From: Thermoanaerobaculia bacterium
Lineage (GTDB): Bacteria > Acidobacteriota > Thermoanaerobaculia > Multivoradales > UBA5704
DNA: 64,000 bases
Reading direction: 5' to 3'
NCBI GenBank assembly: GCA_044226625.1
Contig: JBGAGQ010000016.1
Location: forward strand, 35,804 to 99,803
This document shows, piece after piece, positions 31,397 to 40,110 of the stretch (the stretch's first letter is position 1; the number at the start of each line of letters is the position of its first letter). The notes below the pieces were generated by a model. It was given only the letters and a program-made list of their open reading frames with translations. It ran no database searches and had not been told where the DNA came from. The position numbers and the translations under genes are program-made.

Positions 31397-32049
31397 CCGA
31401 GCTGGAATCGCTCTACCGCCATCGCTTCGGCGACGCCGACCGGGAGCGGAAAGATCAGCTCTGGGGGGTCCTCTGCCGGCGATTCCTCCAGCCGCGGATC
31501 GGCGAGGGCAAGACCGTCCTCGACCTCGCCTGCGGCCTCGGCGAGTTCTCGCGCCACGTCCGCGCGGCGAAGAAGTACGCGCTCGACTTGAACCCCGGAG
31601 CCGCCGCCCACCTGCCGCCGGACGTCGAGTTCCACGCCGCCTCGGCCGACCGTCTCGACTTCCTCGCCGACGACAGCGTCGACGCGGTCTTCACCAGCAA
31701 CTTCCTCGAGCACCTGCCGGACAAGGCGACGGTCGACCGCGTCCTCCACGAGATCCGCCGCGTCCTCCGCCCCGGTGGCCGATTCCTCGCGATCCAGCCG
31801 AACATCCGCTTCGCCTACGCCGAGTACTGGGATTTCTGGGATCACTACACCGCGCTCTCCGACCGCTCCGCGACCGAGGCGCTGCTGCTCGCGGGCTTTT
31901 CGATCGACGAAATGATCCCCCGCTTCCTCCCCTTCACCACGAAGACCGCGCTCCCCACCCACCCGGCGCTCCTCGACCTGTACCTACGCCTGCCGTTCGC
32001 TTGGCCGCTGTTCGGAAAGCAGTTCTTCGTCGCGGCGCGGAAAGGCTGA
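31393..32049 (+). CDS. Class I SAM-dependent methyltransferase
   Basis: GGAGG RBS; VLDLACGLGEF, SNFLEHL, RRVLRPGG. Confidence 0.9.
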   Translation: MTELESLYRHRFGDADRERKDQLWGVLCRRFLQPRIGEGKTVLDLACGLGEFSRHVRAAKKYALDLNPGAAAHLPPDVEFHAASADRLDFLADDSVDAVFTSNFLEHLPDKATVDRVLHEIRRVLRPGGRFLAIQPNIRFAYAEYWDFWDHYTALSDRSATEALLLAGFSIDEMIPRFLPFTTKTALPTHPALLDLYLRLPFAWPLFGKQFFVAARKG

Positions 32050-33559
32050 GGCAGAATTTTGAGCGACCTCGGAAAGGAGTGAGACTCTTTCACGCGAGCA
32101 AACCATGAATAAAAGAAACTCAACAATGGATCTCTGATACTATCCAATTAAATGAAACCGCGAACCTTTGTTGCCTCTTCCTCCGAAGCCCTATCAATCG
32201 CCCATGCGGTACAGAAGAACCTTGGGCATCAGGCTGAAGTTACAGTCTGGGACCAGGACTTCTTCCAGCTGTCCCAGACTTCCGTCCAGGTGTTGGCCTC
32301 TAAAAGTGAGGACTTCGACTTCGGCGTTTTCGTCTTCTCTAGTGATGACCTCGTTCTAATCCGTGGCGAGCAACATCAAGTCGCCCGCGACAACGTCATT
32401 TTTGAATTGGGTCTTTTTATCGGCAGACTCGGCCAATCACGCTGTTTCATACTCGCACCGGGTGGCGAGTCAAATCTCCACCTACCCACCGATCTCCTGG
32501 GCATCGCTCCAGCTACCTATGAGGTCGGGCGCTCAGACGGAAACTGGCAGGCCGCCACCGGGCCTGCCTGCACCGACATCAGGCAAGAGATCCAACGTCA
32601 AGGCCCAAGAAGGTCACCTGCAGAGAGGACAGAAGGCACCATACCCACCAAGCCACCTCTCGATTCACCGAATCGATTGCCAGAGGGTACGGCTTCGGAA
32701 GAAAGTCCTCAGAATAATGTTTCAGAATCAATTGAACCGTGCCTAAGCGCATTCATCGATGGCAGGTTGCCAGAAGCCTTGTCTGAGCTGGACAGTCGAA
32801 TCGAAAACGAAACAGAGGCCGACCAAAAGTTTCGCCTCAATATGTTTCGAGCTTTCCTATCCTTTGAACAATCAGTGATCGAAGGCGACAAAGAATACCG
32901 ATCGCTTGCAACAAAGCATCCGGACAAGCCAGATCCATGGACGATGCTCTCCCGTCGCTTACTCATGAGCGGGTTTCCCGAGGAAGCATTGGCAGTTTCA
33001 ACGGAAGGGCTTGAAGCCTTTCCTGCAGCAACGGAACTCTTTTTCGCAAAGCTAGACGCCCTGGATGTACTTCAGCGCTCAGCAGAAGTCGAAGCGGAGC
33101 TTCTTGAGATCCTGCAAACTCCTGGAAGTGACCACGAAGAATGCTTCCGCCGGCTATTTCAAATCCAGTCACAGAACGGGAAGACCAATGAAGCCCTTGG
33201 AACCCTAGAGCGGGGTCTCGCTAAATTTCCGTTCAGCCTACCCCTCCTAGAAGGGAAGGCCAACCTCCTTTTTCTCGCCTACGATTTCTCCAGAAGCATT
33301 GTCACCTACAAGCAGTTAATTAGCCTTAAGCCAGAGGAGCCCCGCTACCACGCCCTTTTAGGCAATTCTCTTCTAGAATTCCGGCTTTACGGCCTAGCGT
33401 TCGATGCTTATCGCAAGGCAGACACTCTAGCGAACTCCGATCAGGGTTGGATCAGAGCAAATATTGGCAATGTGTTGAACAGACGCGGATTTGTCTTGGC
33501 TCGCAGATCAAGTGGACCGGGGTGGTTGAGTTTCGTGTAACTACCCTGGCTGCTGGCCG

Positions 33560-34546
33560 TCAGGCCGGCACGGCCGCTGGGAGGCTCTGTCCCACTTGGA
33601 GCTTTTCGATCTTCTCCTTAGCGGCTTTGGCCCAGCCCTGCCAGGCCGGAAGCTGAATCGGGGTCCTGCCTTCATAGGCTTCGTGCGGCGTGATCGGATC
33701 GCCACCGGTTTCGGGCACCAGCGCCCAGTGCGGCCGGATGCGGTTGTACCGCTCGCGAAACGCGTCGAGCTTCTCCCGGGCTTCTGGCGGCGAACCGTAG
33801 AGATGCCAGTACACCTCTTCGGCCTTGAGCGTCCGATGGAAGCGTTCGAGCAACCCCAGCTGCTCGGGCGTGCGATATCGGGTCCGTACGTGATCCAAGC
33901 TCGGCGCGATGTGGCCCTGGAAGCGTCGCGACAGGAAGCTCGAACCATTGTCCGTCACCAGGACGGGGCGGCGCACGAGGGGACCGTGAAGCCTCTCGGC
34001 TTCGGCTCGGGCCTTCTCGATGCCAACGATCAACGCTGCAGCATCGAAGCTCGGTGACAAGTGGATCGCGAGCAGGTAGCGACTGAAGTAATCGATGACC
34101 GTGACGGCGTACCACCAGCCGTGGCCCGGAATGTGGACATAGGTCACGTCGGCTTGCCAGAGCTGATTCGGGCCCTCGGGCAGCAGCTCGAAGAGACGCG
34201 CCGCCTGATACAGCTCGGCGTCTCTACGGTGCGGCCGGATGAGCAGGCCGGCGTCTCGGAGAACTCGGTAGACAAAGCGGTTGGTGACGGCCACACCCGC
34301 ACGCCGCAGCACGACGGCAAGGCGTTTGTAGCCCCACCAGGGGAACTGCTCAGCGAAGCTGCGGACCACCGCGAAAAGCTCCGGATCGAGCGGACGAGGC
34401 GCCGGCCCTGGCCGACGTCGGCAAGCCACCGGACGCCGGAAGAAGGACGAACACGCCAGGCCCAGCAGGCACACGACCGACTTGAGTCGACTCCTCGGAT
34501 GAGTTTGAACCGCGGTTCGGATCATCGCGCGCAGCTCTTCGCTCAA
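33560..34546 (-). CDS. IS3 transposase OrfB (DDE integrase core)
   Basis: WWGYKRL, WQADVTY, VTDNGSSF, ERFHRTLKAE, YN..RPH. Confidence 0.93.
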   Translation of the reverse strand: MSEELRAMIRTAVQTHPRSRLKSVVCLLGLACSSFFRRPVACRRRPGPAPRPLDPELFAVVRSFAEQFPWWGYKRLAVVLRRAGVAVTNRFVYRVLRDAGLLIRPHRRDAELYQAARLFELLPEGPNQLWQADVTYVHIPGHGWWYAVTVIDYFSRYLLAIHLSPSFDAAALIVGIEKARAEAERLHGPLVRRPVLVTDNGSSFLSRRFQGHIAPSLDHVRTRYRTPEQLGLLERFHRTLKAEEVYWHLYGSPPEAREKLDAFRERYNRIRPHWALVPETGGDPITPHEAYEGRTPIQLPAWQGWAKAAKEKIEKLQVGQSLPAAVPA

Positions 34547-34851
34547 CGCGACCGGGCCTGAAGTTTTTTTAAAATGTCGTTGGCGATCGACAGCTCCCCG
34601 ATGATCTGGGCGCGCTCGGCAAGCTCGCGCTCCAGCTGGGCGATGCGCCGCTGGTCCACCGAATCGGCCGCGGCATCGGGCTTCGACAAACCGGCCTTGC
34701 CCCCGGCAAGGAAAACGTCGCGCCAGCGGTAGATCGTCACCTCGCTCACTCCATACCGACGCGCCAAGGCCGCCGCCGACTCTTCACGGCGCAACAACGA
34801 CAACACCACCTCCGATCGCTCCTCGATCGACAACCCGCTCTTCTTGGGCAT
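34543..34851 (-). CDS. IS3 transposase OrfA (HTH + leucine zipper)
   Basis: LARRYGVSEVTIYRWR. A7 slippery run (TTA AAA AAA C) at 34563-34572, with OrfB in the -1 frame. Confidence 0.92.
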   Translation of the reverse strand: MPKKSGLSIEERSEVVLSLLRREESAAALARRYGVSEVTIYRWRDVFLAGGKAGLSKPDAAADSVDQRRIAQLERELAERAQIIGELSIANDILKKLQARSR

Positions 34852-35424
34852 CTCGCTTCCTCCCTCGGCCGAAGCCGACATTACCCGAGTCCCAGGATCT
34901 GCGAGCTATACAGATTCTACAACTATGCTCTAGAATTTCTTGAAAGCGCCTTAGCTCTTGAACCCGAAAATGTATACGCTCAAGACAGGAAGCTTTCTGC
35001 TATGAAAAACGCTATTTCGGAGCAGGAGCAACTCGATAGGGCAATCAACCATGGCATTCAACCGAAAATTAGAGATACAGATGAGATCTGATAGTGCCCT
35101 ATTTTGTTGTAATTAATCCTTGAGCCTAGTGCCCGTTATCCAAACTCCTGGCGCAAGAACTTGTAGCGCCTCCAGTGGCAGGATCGACTAAATTCCGCAC
35201 CAAGTTCTGGAATACTCCGCCTCCGTGACTTCGGCGGATCCACAAGGCCACAGGATCGTTAGCGGGCCTCATTCAAGGTTATCGGTACGCATAACTCGAA
35301 ATCAAATTATGAGCATACCGGCCGGGCCGAGGCGATCTTCTCAACAGGCCGCGCTCCTCCCCGGGAGGGGCACCCCCCCTGAGACTCGGCGCTGCAGGCA
35401 CACGACGGGAACCGAGGCGCCCTC

Positions 35425-35462
35425 GGAAAACCCCGGGAATCAGGGATCCCAATCCCCGGGGG
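35425..35462 (-). terminator. Rho-independent terminator downstream of the small peptide
   Basis: Minus strand CCCCGGGGATTGGG-ATC-CCTGATTCCCGGGG followed by TTTT. Confidence 0.6.
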
Positions 35463-35472
35463 AAAGACTGGC

Positions 35473-35577
35473 CTACCTCGTCAACAAGTCGATGAGGACA
35501 ACGACATTGGTGACGATGCTGACCACCGCCGAAGCAATGGCCAAGGCCTTCGCAAAATAGCTTCCCCTCTTACGCAC
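35473..35577 (-). CDS. 34-aa hydrophobic peptide MRKRGSYFAKALAIASAVVSIVTNVVVLIDLLTR (type I toxin-like)
   Basis: Below the ORF-track cutoff. GTG 7 nt after AAAGGA; basic N-terminus plus one TM helix; terminator immediately downstream. Confidence 0.6.
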   Translation of the reverse strand: MRKRGSYFAKALAIASAVVSIVTNVVVLIDLLTR

Positions 35578-35857
35578 CTTGAGATCCTTTCTTTGAGGAA
35601 GGGAACTCAGCCCCTATTTCAGGGGCACGTTGGGTGCGTGGTCGCTCATGGCGCACGCAGCCGGTCGGTCTGCTCGCACTCAGATTGCCCGCCGTCTCCT
35701 CGGCGTCTGCCGAGAGCTACCAGGGGTACGAGATGTGAAATTCTAGTCATTTACAGGCGTAATGCAATTCCAAGAGACATGCTGGTGGTTTCCTCTCGTT
35801 CAGGAACGCCAGCTCTGGCGCAGAATTGAAGTCCGATTTCTGAGGGACGAGGTCCAA

Positions 35858-36004
35858 ATCGCCGAGATGATACCCAGCTTCCTCCCTTTCACCACGAAGA
35901 CCGCGACTCCCCACCCACCCGGCGCTCCTCGACCGCCACCTGCGGTTGCCGTACTTCTGGCCGCTCGTCGGGAAGCAGTTCTTCGTCGCGGCGCGAAAAG
36001 TTAA
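35858..36004 (+). repeat. Diverged, frameshifted duplicate of the 3' end of the methyltransferase gene (31903-32049)
   Basis: About 147-bp direct repeat, about 84% identical by hand count, with a 1-bp insertion; encodes ..MIP.FLPFTTKT.. and ..GKQFFVAARK. Confidence 0.9.
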
Positions 36005-36073
36005 GATCCAGCCCGTGAACCGAATCCCTGCCCAACAAGCGAGCCGCCGATTCTCGAAAGGATAGGTCTCGGA

Positions 36074-36397
36074 ATGAGCCCCGTCGAAATGTTCTTCGGA
36101 ATGTCGCTGCTCGTCGTCCCGCTCCTCTTCGCTTCGACGTTCCTCGCCGATCGGTCGTTCCGCCGAGACCTGAGAACACGCCATCCCATGGCCCTGGCCG
36201 CGCTCGATCTTGCCAGGCCGAACGCCCTCCGGAGGACCGACTCTCTCCGGTTCCAGCGCTTTCTTTGGGCCTCCGAATACCGGAAGCTCGAAGACGCCGA
36301 ACTGAACCGACGAGCCGGGTGGCTCAAGGGATTGACGGTGACCTACACCGCATCGTTCTTGCTGGTGCTGATCGTCCTGATGACGCAGGTGCGTTGA
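36074..36397 (+). CDS. Small two-TM membrane protein
   Basis: Hydrophobic N- and C-terminal helices flanking RFQRFLWASEYRKLED. Confidence 0.6.
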   Translation: MSPVEMFFGMSLLVVPLLFASTFLADRSFRRDLRTRHPMALAALDLARPNALRRTDSLRFQRFLWASEYRKLEDAELNRRAGWLKGLTVTYTASFLLVLIVLMTQVR

Positions 36398-36450
36398 GGT
36401 GGCGGATACGGGGTTTCGACGGCAGAAAGCCCGTCTTTAGGAGCCTTCCT

Positions 36451-37581
36451 ATGAGTCGTCGGAATCCCTCCCGGAACGCCTCGGCTGTCGCCTTCGCGCT
36501 CCTCGCCTTCTCCCTGACCGCGGGCTGCCGGTCCACCCGCTTCGTCTGCCCGACGGTCGGAGCTCCTCCCAAGGTCGCCGCGCCCTCCGATTGCCCGCCG
36601 CCGCGCGAGTATCCGTGGAAGAACCTGGTGTTCGAGGGCGGAGGAATCAAGGGGCTCGCTTACGGCGGAGCGCTCGAGGTGCTTGCGCAGCAGGGGATCC
36701 TGTCGAACGTCACGAGCGTCGCCGGGACGTCGGCGGGATCGATCACGGCGATGCTGGTCGCCCTGCGCTACTCGCCGGATCAGGTGCGCGAGCTGCTCAC
36801 GAACCTCGACTTCCGGCAGCTCGAAGACGGCGGCTCGACCGGCGTGTATCGAATCTTCACCCGGTACGGCTTCTTCCGCGGCGATACGTATTTGGAGCTG
36901 ATGCGCTGCCTCGTCAAGGCGAAGACCGGCGACGGGCGCGCGACGTTCCGCGACCTTCACGACAAGGGGTTCCTCGACCTGCGCGTGTTCTCGACCGATC
37001 TGAACCGCGGCAACGTGCGCGAGCTGTCGTACGCGAAGAGCCCAGACTTCGAGGTCGCGCTCGCGGTACGGATGTCGGGATCGTTCCCGCTCTTCTTCGC
37101 CTCGATCGAGGACGAGCGGAAGACCTTCGTCGACGGCGGCGTGGTCCTGAACTACCCGGTGAACGCCTTCGACGTCGACCAGCGGATGAATCCCCAGACG
37201 CTCGGCTTCATCCTGGCGAACACCAGCACTCCCCCGCCGGTGCGGAAGATCGACGACATCCTCACCTACGGCAAGGGGCTGTTCGAGACGCTCCTCTCCG
37301 CCCAAGTCGTGGGCCTCGAGCACGATCCCGCGAACCTCGAACGGACGGTGGTCCTGAACGACCTCGGGATCTCGACGCTCGACTTCAGCCTGACGTCGAA
37401 GCAGAAGCAGGAGCTGATCGACCAAGGAGCGCAGTGCACCTGCAACTACCTGCGCGACTACGCCGCATGGACCGACGCCGGCCGGCATCCGGGCAGGGAG
37501 AAGCTCCTCAACGCCGAGCCCGGCACCGCGTTCGTGGCCGTCCGCCAGACGGGGCATTGCGGCTCGGCGTTTCCGCGGTAG
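36451..37581 (+). CDS. Patatin-like phospholipase, predicted lipoprotein
   Basis: AGGAG RBS; lipobox LTAG-C; GGGIKG, GTSAG, DGG. Confidence 0.88.
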   Translation: MSRRNPSRNASAVAFALLAFSLTAGCRSTRFVCPTVGAPPKVAAPSDCPPPREYPWKNLVFEGGGIKGLAYGGALEVLAQQGILSNVTSVAGTSAGSITAMLVALRYSPDQVRELLTNLDFRQLEDGGSTGVYRIFTRYGFFRGDTYLELMRCLVKAKTGDGRATFRDLHDKGFLDLRVFSTDLNRGNVRELSYAKSPDFEVALAVRMSGSFPLFFASIEDERKTFVDGGVVLNYPVNAFDVDQRMNPQTLGFILANTSTPPPVRKIDDILTYGKGLFETLLSAQVVGLEHDPANLERTVVLNDLGISTLDFSLTSKQKQELIDQGAQCTCNYLRDYAAWTDAGRHPGREKLLNAEPGTAFVAVRQTGHCGSAFPR

Positions 37582-37661
37582 GAACGCCCTCGATCCCCGG
37601 GTGCTCGGGCGCTTGGAGCGCCTGGGTCAGTCTCCCAGCTAATCACACTCAGCAGGTTTCC

Positions 37662-38675
37662 ATGGCACTTGAAAGCGATCTCGAAATGCGGATCTCGGCA
37701 GCGGTCACTAAGTATGCCGCGGCCGCCAACGCAGGCAGACCCGAGAGCATCTCGGAGTTGGCCGAAATCACCTCCTCTCTTCCGATAAGGAACATGGAAG
37801 CTTGGGAGTTGGTCGTTCGGGGAGGGATCGATCGCGCATCGGAGCCCCCCCGCTGGCGTGTTGGATTCAAACCCAAACCGATCGTGACCTGGCTCGACCT
37901 CTGCAGCCGCGACGGGTTCGACCGCGAGTTGGCGTTACGTAGTCTTTCGAGCGCAGCGCCCAATCGATTCTTCCTGGCGATCGCGGTTCGCCGCCTCAAC
38001 GATTGGGTGCCTCAAATTCGAGCCGCCGCCCGAAAGCGCCTTCTGTCGATCGCGATCGCCTCGAACCCCGAGGACGTCGTCGACGTCCTGTGGGCAATCC
38101 TGCCGCATTGGCAGACCTGGACAAGGAACGAACCCGAGACGAGGCAGACGCTCCTGGAGATCGTCGCGCTCAACTCGGTCGCCCATGGGCTCAAGGTTCG
38201 GATCTCGTCCGCCTCCGCGGGCCCCGCGGCGAGGATTTTCACGCAAGCGGCTCGAACCCCTGCCCTGGATCGGCACCTCGTTCAGATCACCGAAGAGGCC
38301 GAGCAACCCTCGGTCCGGGCGAAAGCCTTTAGATTTCTTCTCGAAGGAAAGGCCGTCTGGGTCGCCCATCGAGATCGGATCCTCGTCGCGGGATTCTCGA
38401 TGCCAATTCTCGAGAGTCGAGACCTTACGGTGGAAGTCGATTTCGAACGCACCCTGGTCGCGGCTTCGGAGGACCCCTCGCCAGCCGTGCGACGGATTGC
38501 CGCAGACATGCTTTGTCGACCAGACGTAAGAGCCCCTCGGCACGTCCTCGTCCAGCTGGCTACAAAGCTCGCGTTAGACCGCTTCCCCTCGGTTGCCGAT
38601 CGCGCCAAGTTCGCTCTGCGTGAGCTCTCCGAAGCCTCTTCGGAACCGATACCCGCGCGACTTCGAAGGGGTTAG
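37662..38675 (+). CDS. Hypothetical HEAT/ARM-repeat-like protein
   Basis: DGFDRELAL, RRLNDWVPQIRAAA, EDPSPAVRRIAA, DRFPSVADRA repeats. Confidence 0.65.
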   Translation: MALESDLEMRISAAVTKYAAAANAGRPESISELAEITSSLPIRNMEAWELVVRGGIDRASEPPRWRVGFKPKPIVTWLDLCSRDGFDRELALRSLSSAAPNRFFLAIAVRRLNDWVPQIRAAARKRLLSIAIASNPEDVVDVLWAILPHWQTWTRNEPETRQTLLEIVALNSVAHGLKVRISSASAGPAARIFTQAARTPALDRHLVQITEEAEQPSVRAKAFRFLLEGKAVWVAHRDRILVAGFSMPILESRDLTVEVDFERTLVAASEDPSPAVRRIAADMLCRPDVRAPRHVLVQLATKLALDRFPSVADRAKFALRELSEASSEPIPARLRRG

Positions 38676-38688
38676 GTGTACCGCCTTC

Positions 38689-38940
38689 GATTCTCTCGTC
38701 CCCAACGGAGATTCTCGTGCGCCCGGCGGAGATTCTTGCGGGACGTTTCGAGATTCTCTCGATCCTAACGCCGTCGGGCGCGATCCCGACGCCGATTCTC
38801 TCGTGCCCGACGGAGTTTCTTGTGGACCCGGTGGAAATTCTTGTACGACGGTCCGAGATTCTCTCGACCCCAATGACGTTGGGCTCGATCCCGTCGCCGA
38901 TTCTCTCGTTTCCGGCGGAGATTCTTGTGCGCCCGGACCG
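38689..38940. repeat. Array of 12 x 21-bp units organised as a 105-bp higher-order repeat
   Basis: GATTCT-type core at most 21-bp steps; GATTCTCTCGT block recurs at 38689, 38794 and 38899. Confidence 0.9.
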
Positions 38941-39008
38941 CAGTTTCGTGCGGAATTCGGAAGCTCCCACCGCCACGGCGACGCAGGGCTCGACTCCCGC
39001 CGCGGTTC

Positions 39009-39962
39009 TCAACCTCCCACGAGCCAGCCGATCGCCTGATCCTCTAACCTCGCGGGCAGGCCGTCGCGCAAAGTGAGCTCGAACGGCTCGGGAAATCCGC
39101 AATGCCCGGCGCGGCGAAGCCAGCGGACATCGAGGTTCGGGACGGGGCTCGCGAGCGAAGGCCGGACTGTTGCGGCGGGGACCATCGGGTCTCCTTCCGC
39201 CTGGAGCAGTAAGGTCGGGACGGGGAGCCGGGACAGGTGCGGGCCGACGCTCATCCTCGCGTAATAGTCGGCGCCGCTTGCGAAGCCGTGGCGCGGCGCG
39301 ACCACCCGGTCGTCCCATTCGCGAAGGGAGCGGATGCCGCGCACGGCCTCGAACGGCTGAAGATCGGAGAGGCGGGCGGCGACGGGCGAGTAGATCTCTT
39401 TGAGGTTCCGCAGGAGGTATGACTTGTAGAGCGCGAGCGCCGGCCGGTCGATCGCCGCGGCCGAGAGGGCGAGATCCAGCGGCGCACAGACGGCGGCCAC
39501 GGCCGAAAGGCGCGGCTCCCTTTCGAAGGCCGCAAAGCGAAGCGCGACGTGGCCGCCGAGCGAGTAGCCCATGAGGAGGATGCGCGAAAAGCTGGCGATC
39601 TCCGGGCTTGCGAGCACGGAGGCGAGGTCGGACGTGAGGCCCGCGTGGTAGAAGTCGGTGCCGCTCCGGTCCGAACCGCGGAGGTTGAGCCGCAGCACGG
39701 AGAGGCCCACACGCTCCGCCGCCGCGCCGGTCTGCCGCACGTACCGGCTCTCGCAGCAACCCCCGAGGCCGTGAAGGATCACCAGGAGGTCGCCGCCCGC
39801 GCCCCCCTCTCTTCGGTCGCGGAGGCGGCCGGTGAGTACGACCTCCCCCATCTTCGAATCGTCGATCGAATGACGCCACGGCTTCCCTTCCGGGCAATCG
39901 ATCGAGCGGAACGGCTGCGCGAGGCGAGGCGCGATCGTCCAGAGGTGATGCCGGAGGCCCAT
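39009..39962 (-). CDS. YheT-family alpha/beta hydrolase
   Basis: HGLGG..SRY, RLNLRG, YHAG, GYSLGG, GHCGF. Confidence 0.88.
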   Translation of the reverse strand: MGLRHHLWTIAPRLAQPFRSIDCPEGKPWRHSIDDSKMGEVVLTGRLRDRREGGAGGDLLVILHGLGGCCESRYVRQTGAAAERVGLSVLRLNLRGSDRSGTDFYHAGLTSDLASVLASPEIASFSRILLMGYSLGGHVALRFAAFEREPRLSAVAAVCAPLDLALSAAAIDRPALALYKSYLLRNLKEIYSPVAARLSDLQPFEAVRGIRSLREWDDRVVAPRHGFASGADYYARMSVGPHLSRLPVPTLLLQAEGDPMVPAATVRPSLASPVPNLDVRWLRRAGHCGFPEPFELTLRDGLPARLEDQAIGWLVGG

Positions 39963-40024
39963 GGCGGGCGGATGGTATCGTGTGCGGCCCGGGATGGGAG
40001 GAGAGCGGCAAGCCTTACTGCGGT

Positions 40025-40068
40025 CGGAGCTCAAAACTCGCCCTGCGGGCTCAAACAGTTTCGCTCCG
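40025..40068. repeat. Intergenic nested palindrome (REP-like)
   Basis: CGGAGC..AAACT-CGCCCTGCGGGC-..AGTTT..GCTCCG between divergent genes. Confidence 0.4.
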
Positions 40069-40110
40069 TCCTCGTAAGGGTTTGCCGCTCTCCTTCCCAT
40101 CCCTCCACCC

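Larger units (their letters stand above)
33492..34912 (-). mobile_element. Complete IS3-family insertion sequence (1421 bp)
   Basis: TG...CA ends; imperfect inverted repeats TGTCTTGGCTCGCAGATC / TGTATAGCTCGCAGATC; 4-bp target duplication GATT at 33488-33491 and 34913-34916. Confidence 0.95.
32152..35091 (+). pseudogene. TIR (CAP12/Pycsar-type nucleotide-binding TIR)-TPR protein interrupted by an IS3 element
   Basis: TIR motifs FVASSSE, DFGVFVFSSDD, RDNVIFELGLFIGRLG, LPTDLLG, followed by TPRs. Removing the IS and one GATT restores ...NRRGF-YNYALEFLESALALEPEN...DEI*, 504 aa. Confidence 0.88.

Noticed and set aside
32152-37581. CBASS or Pycsar operon (TIR + patatin)
   Set aside because: No CD-NTase or cyclase is present. 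The patatin has a lipoprotein signal and host-like GC, and lies outside the repeat-bounded cassette.
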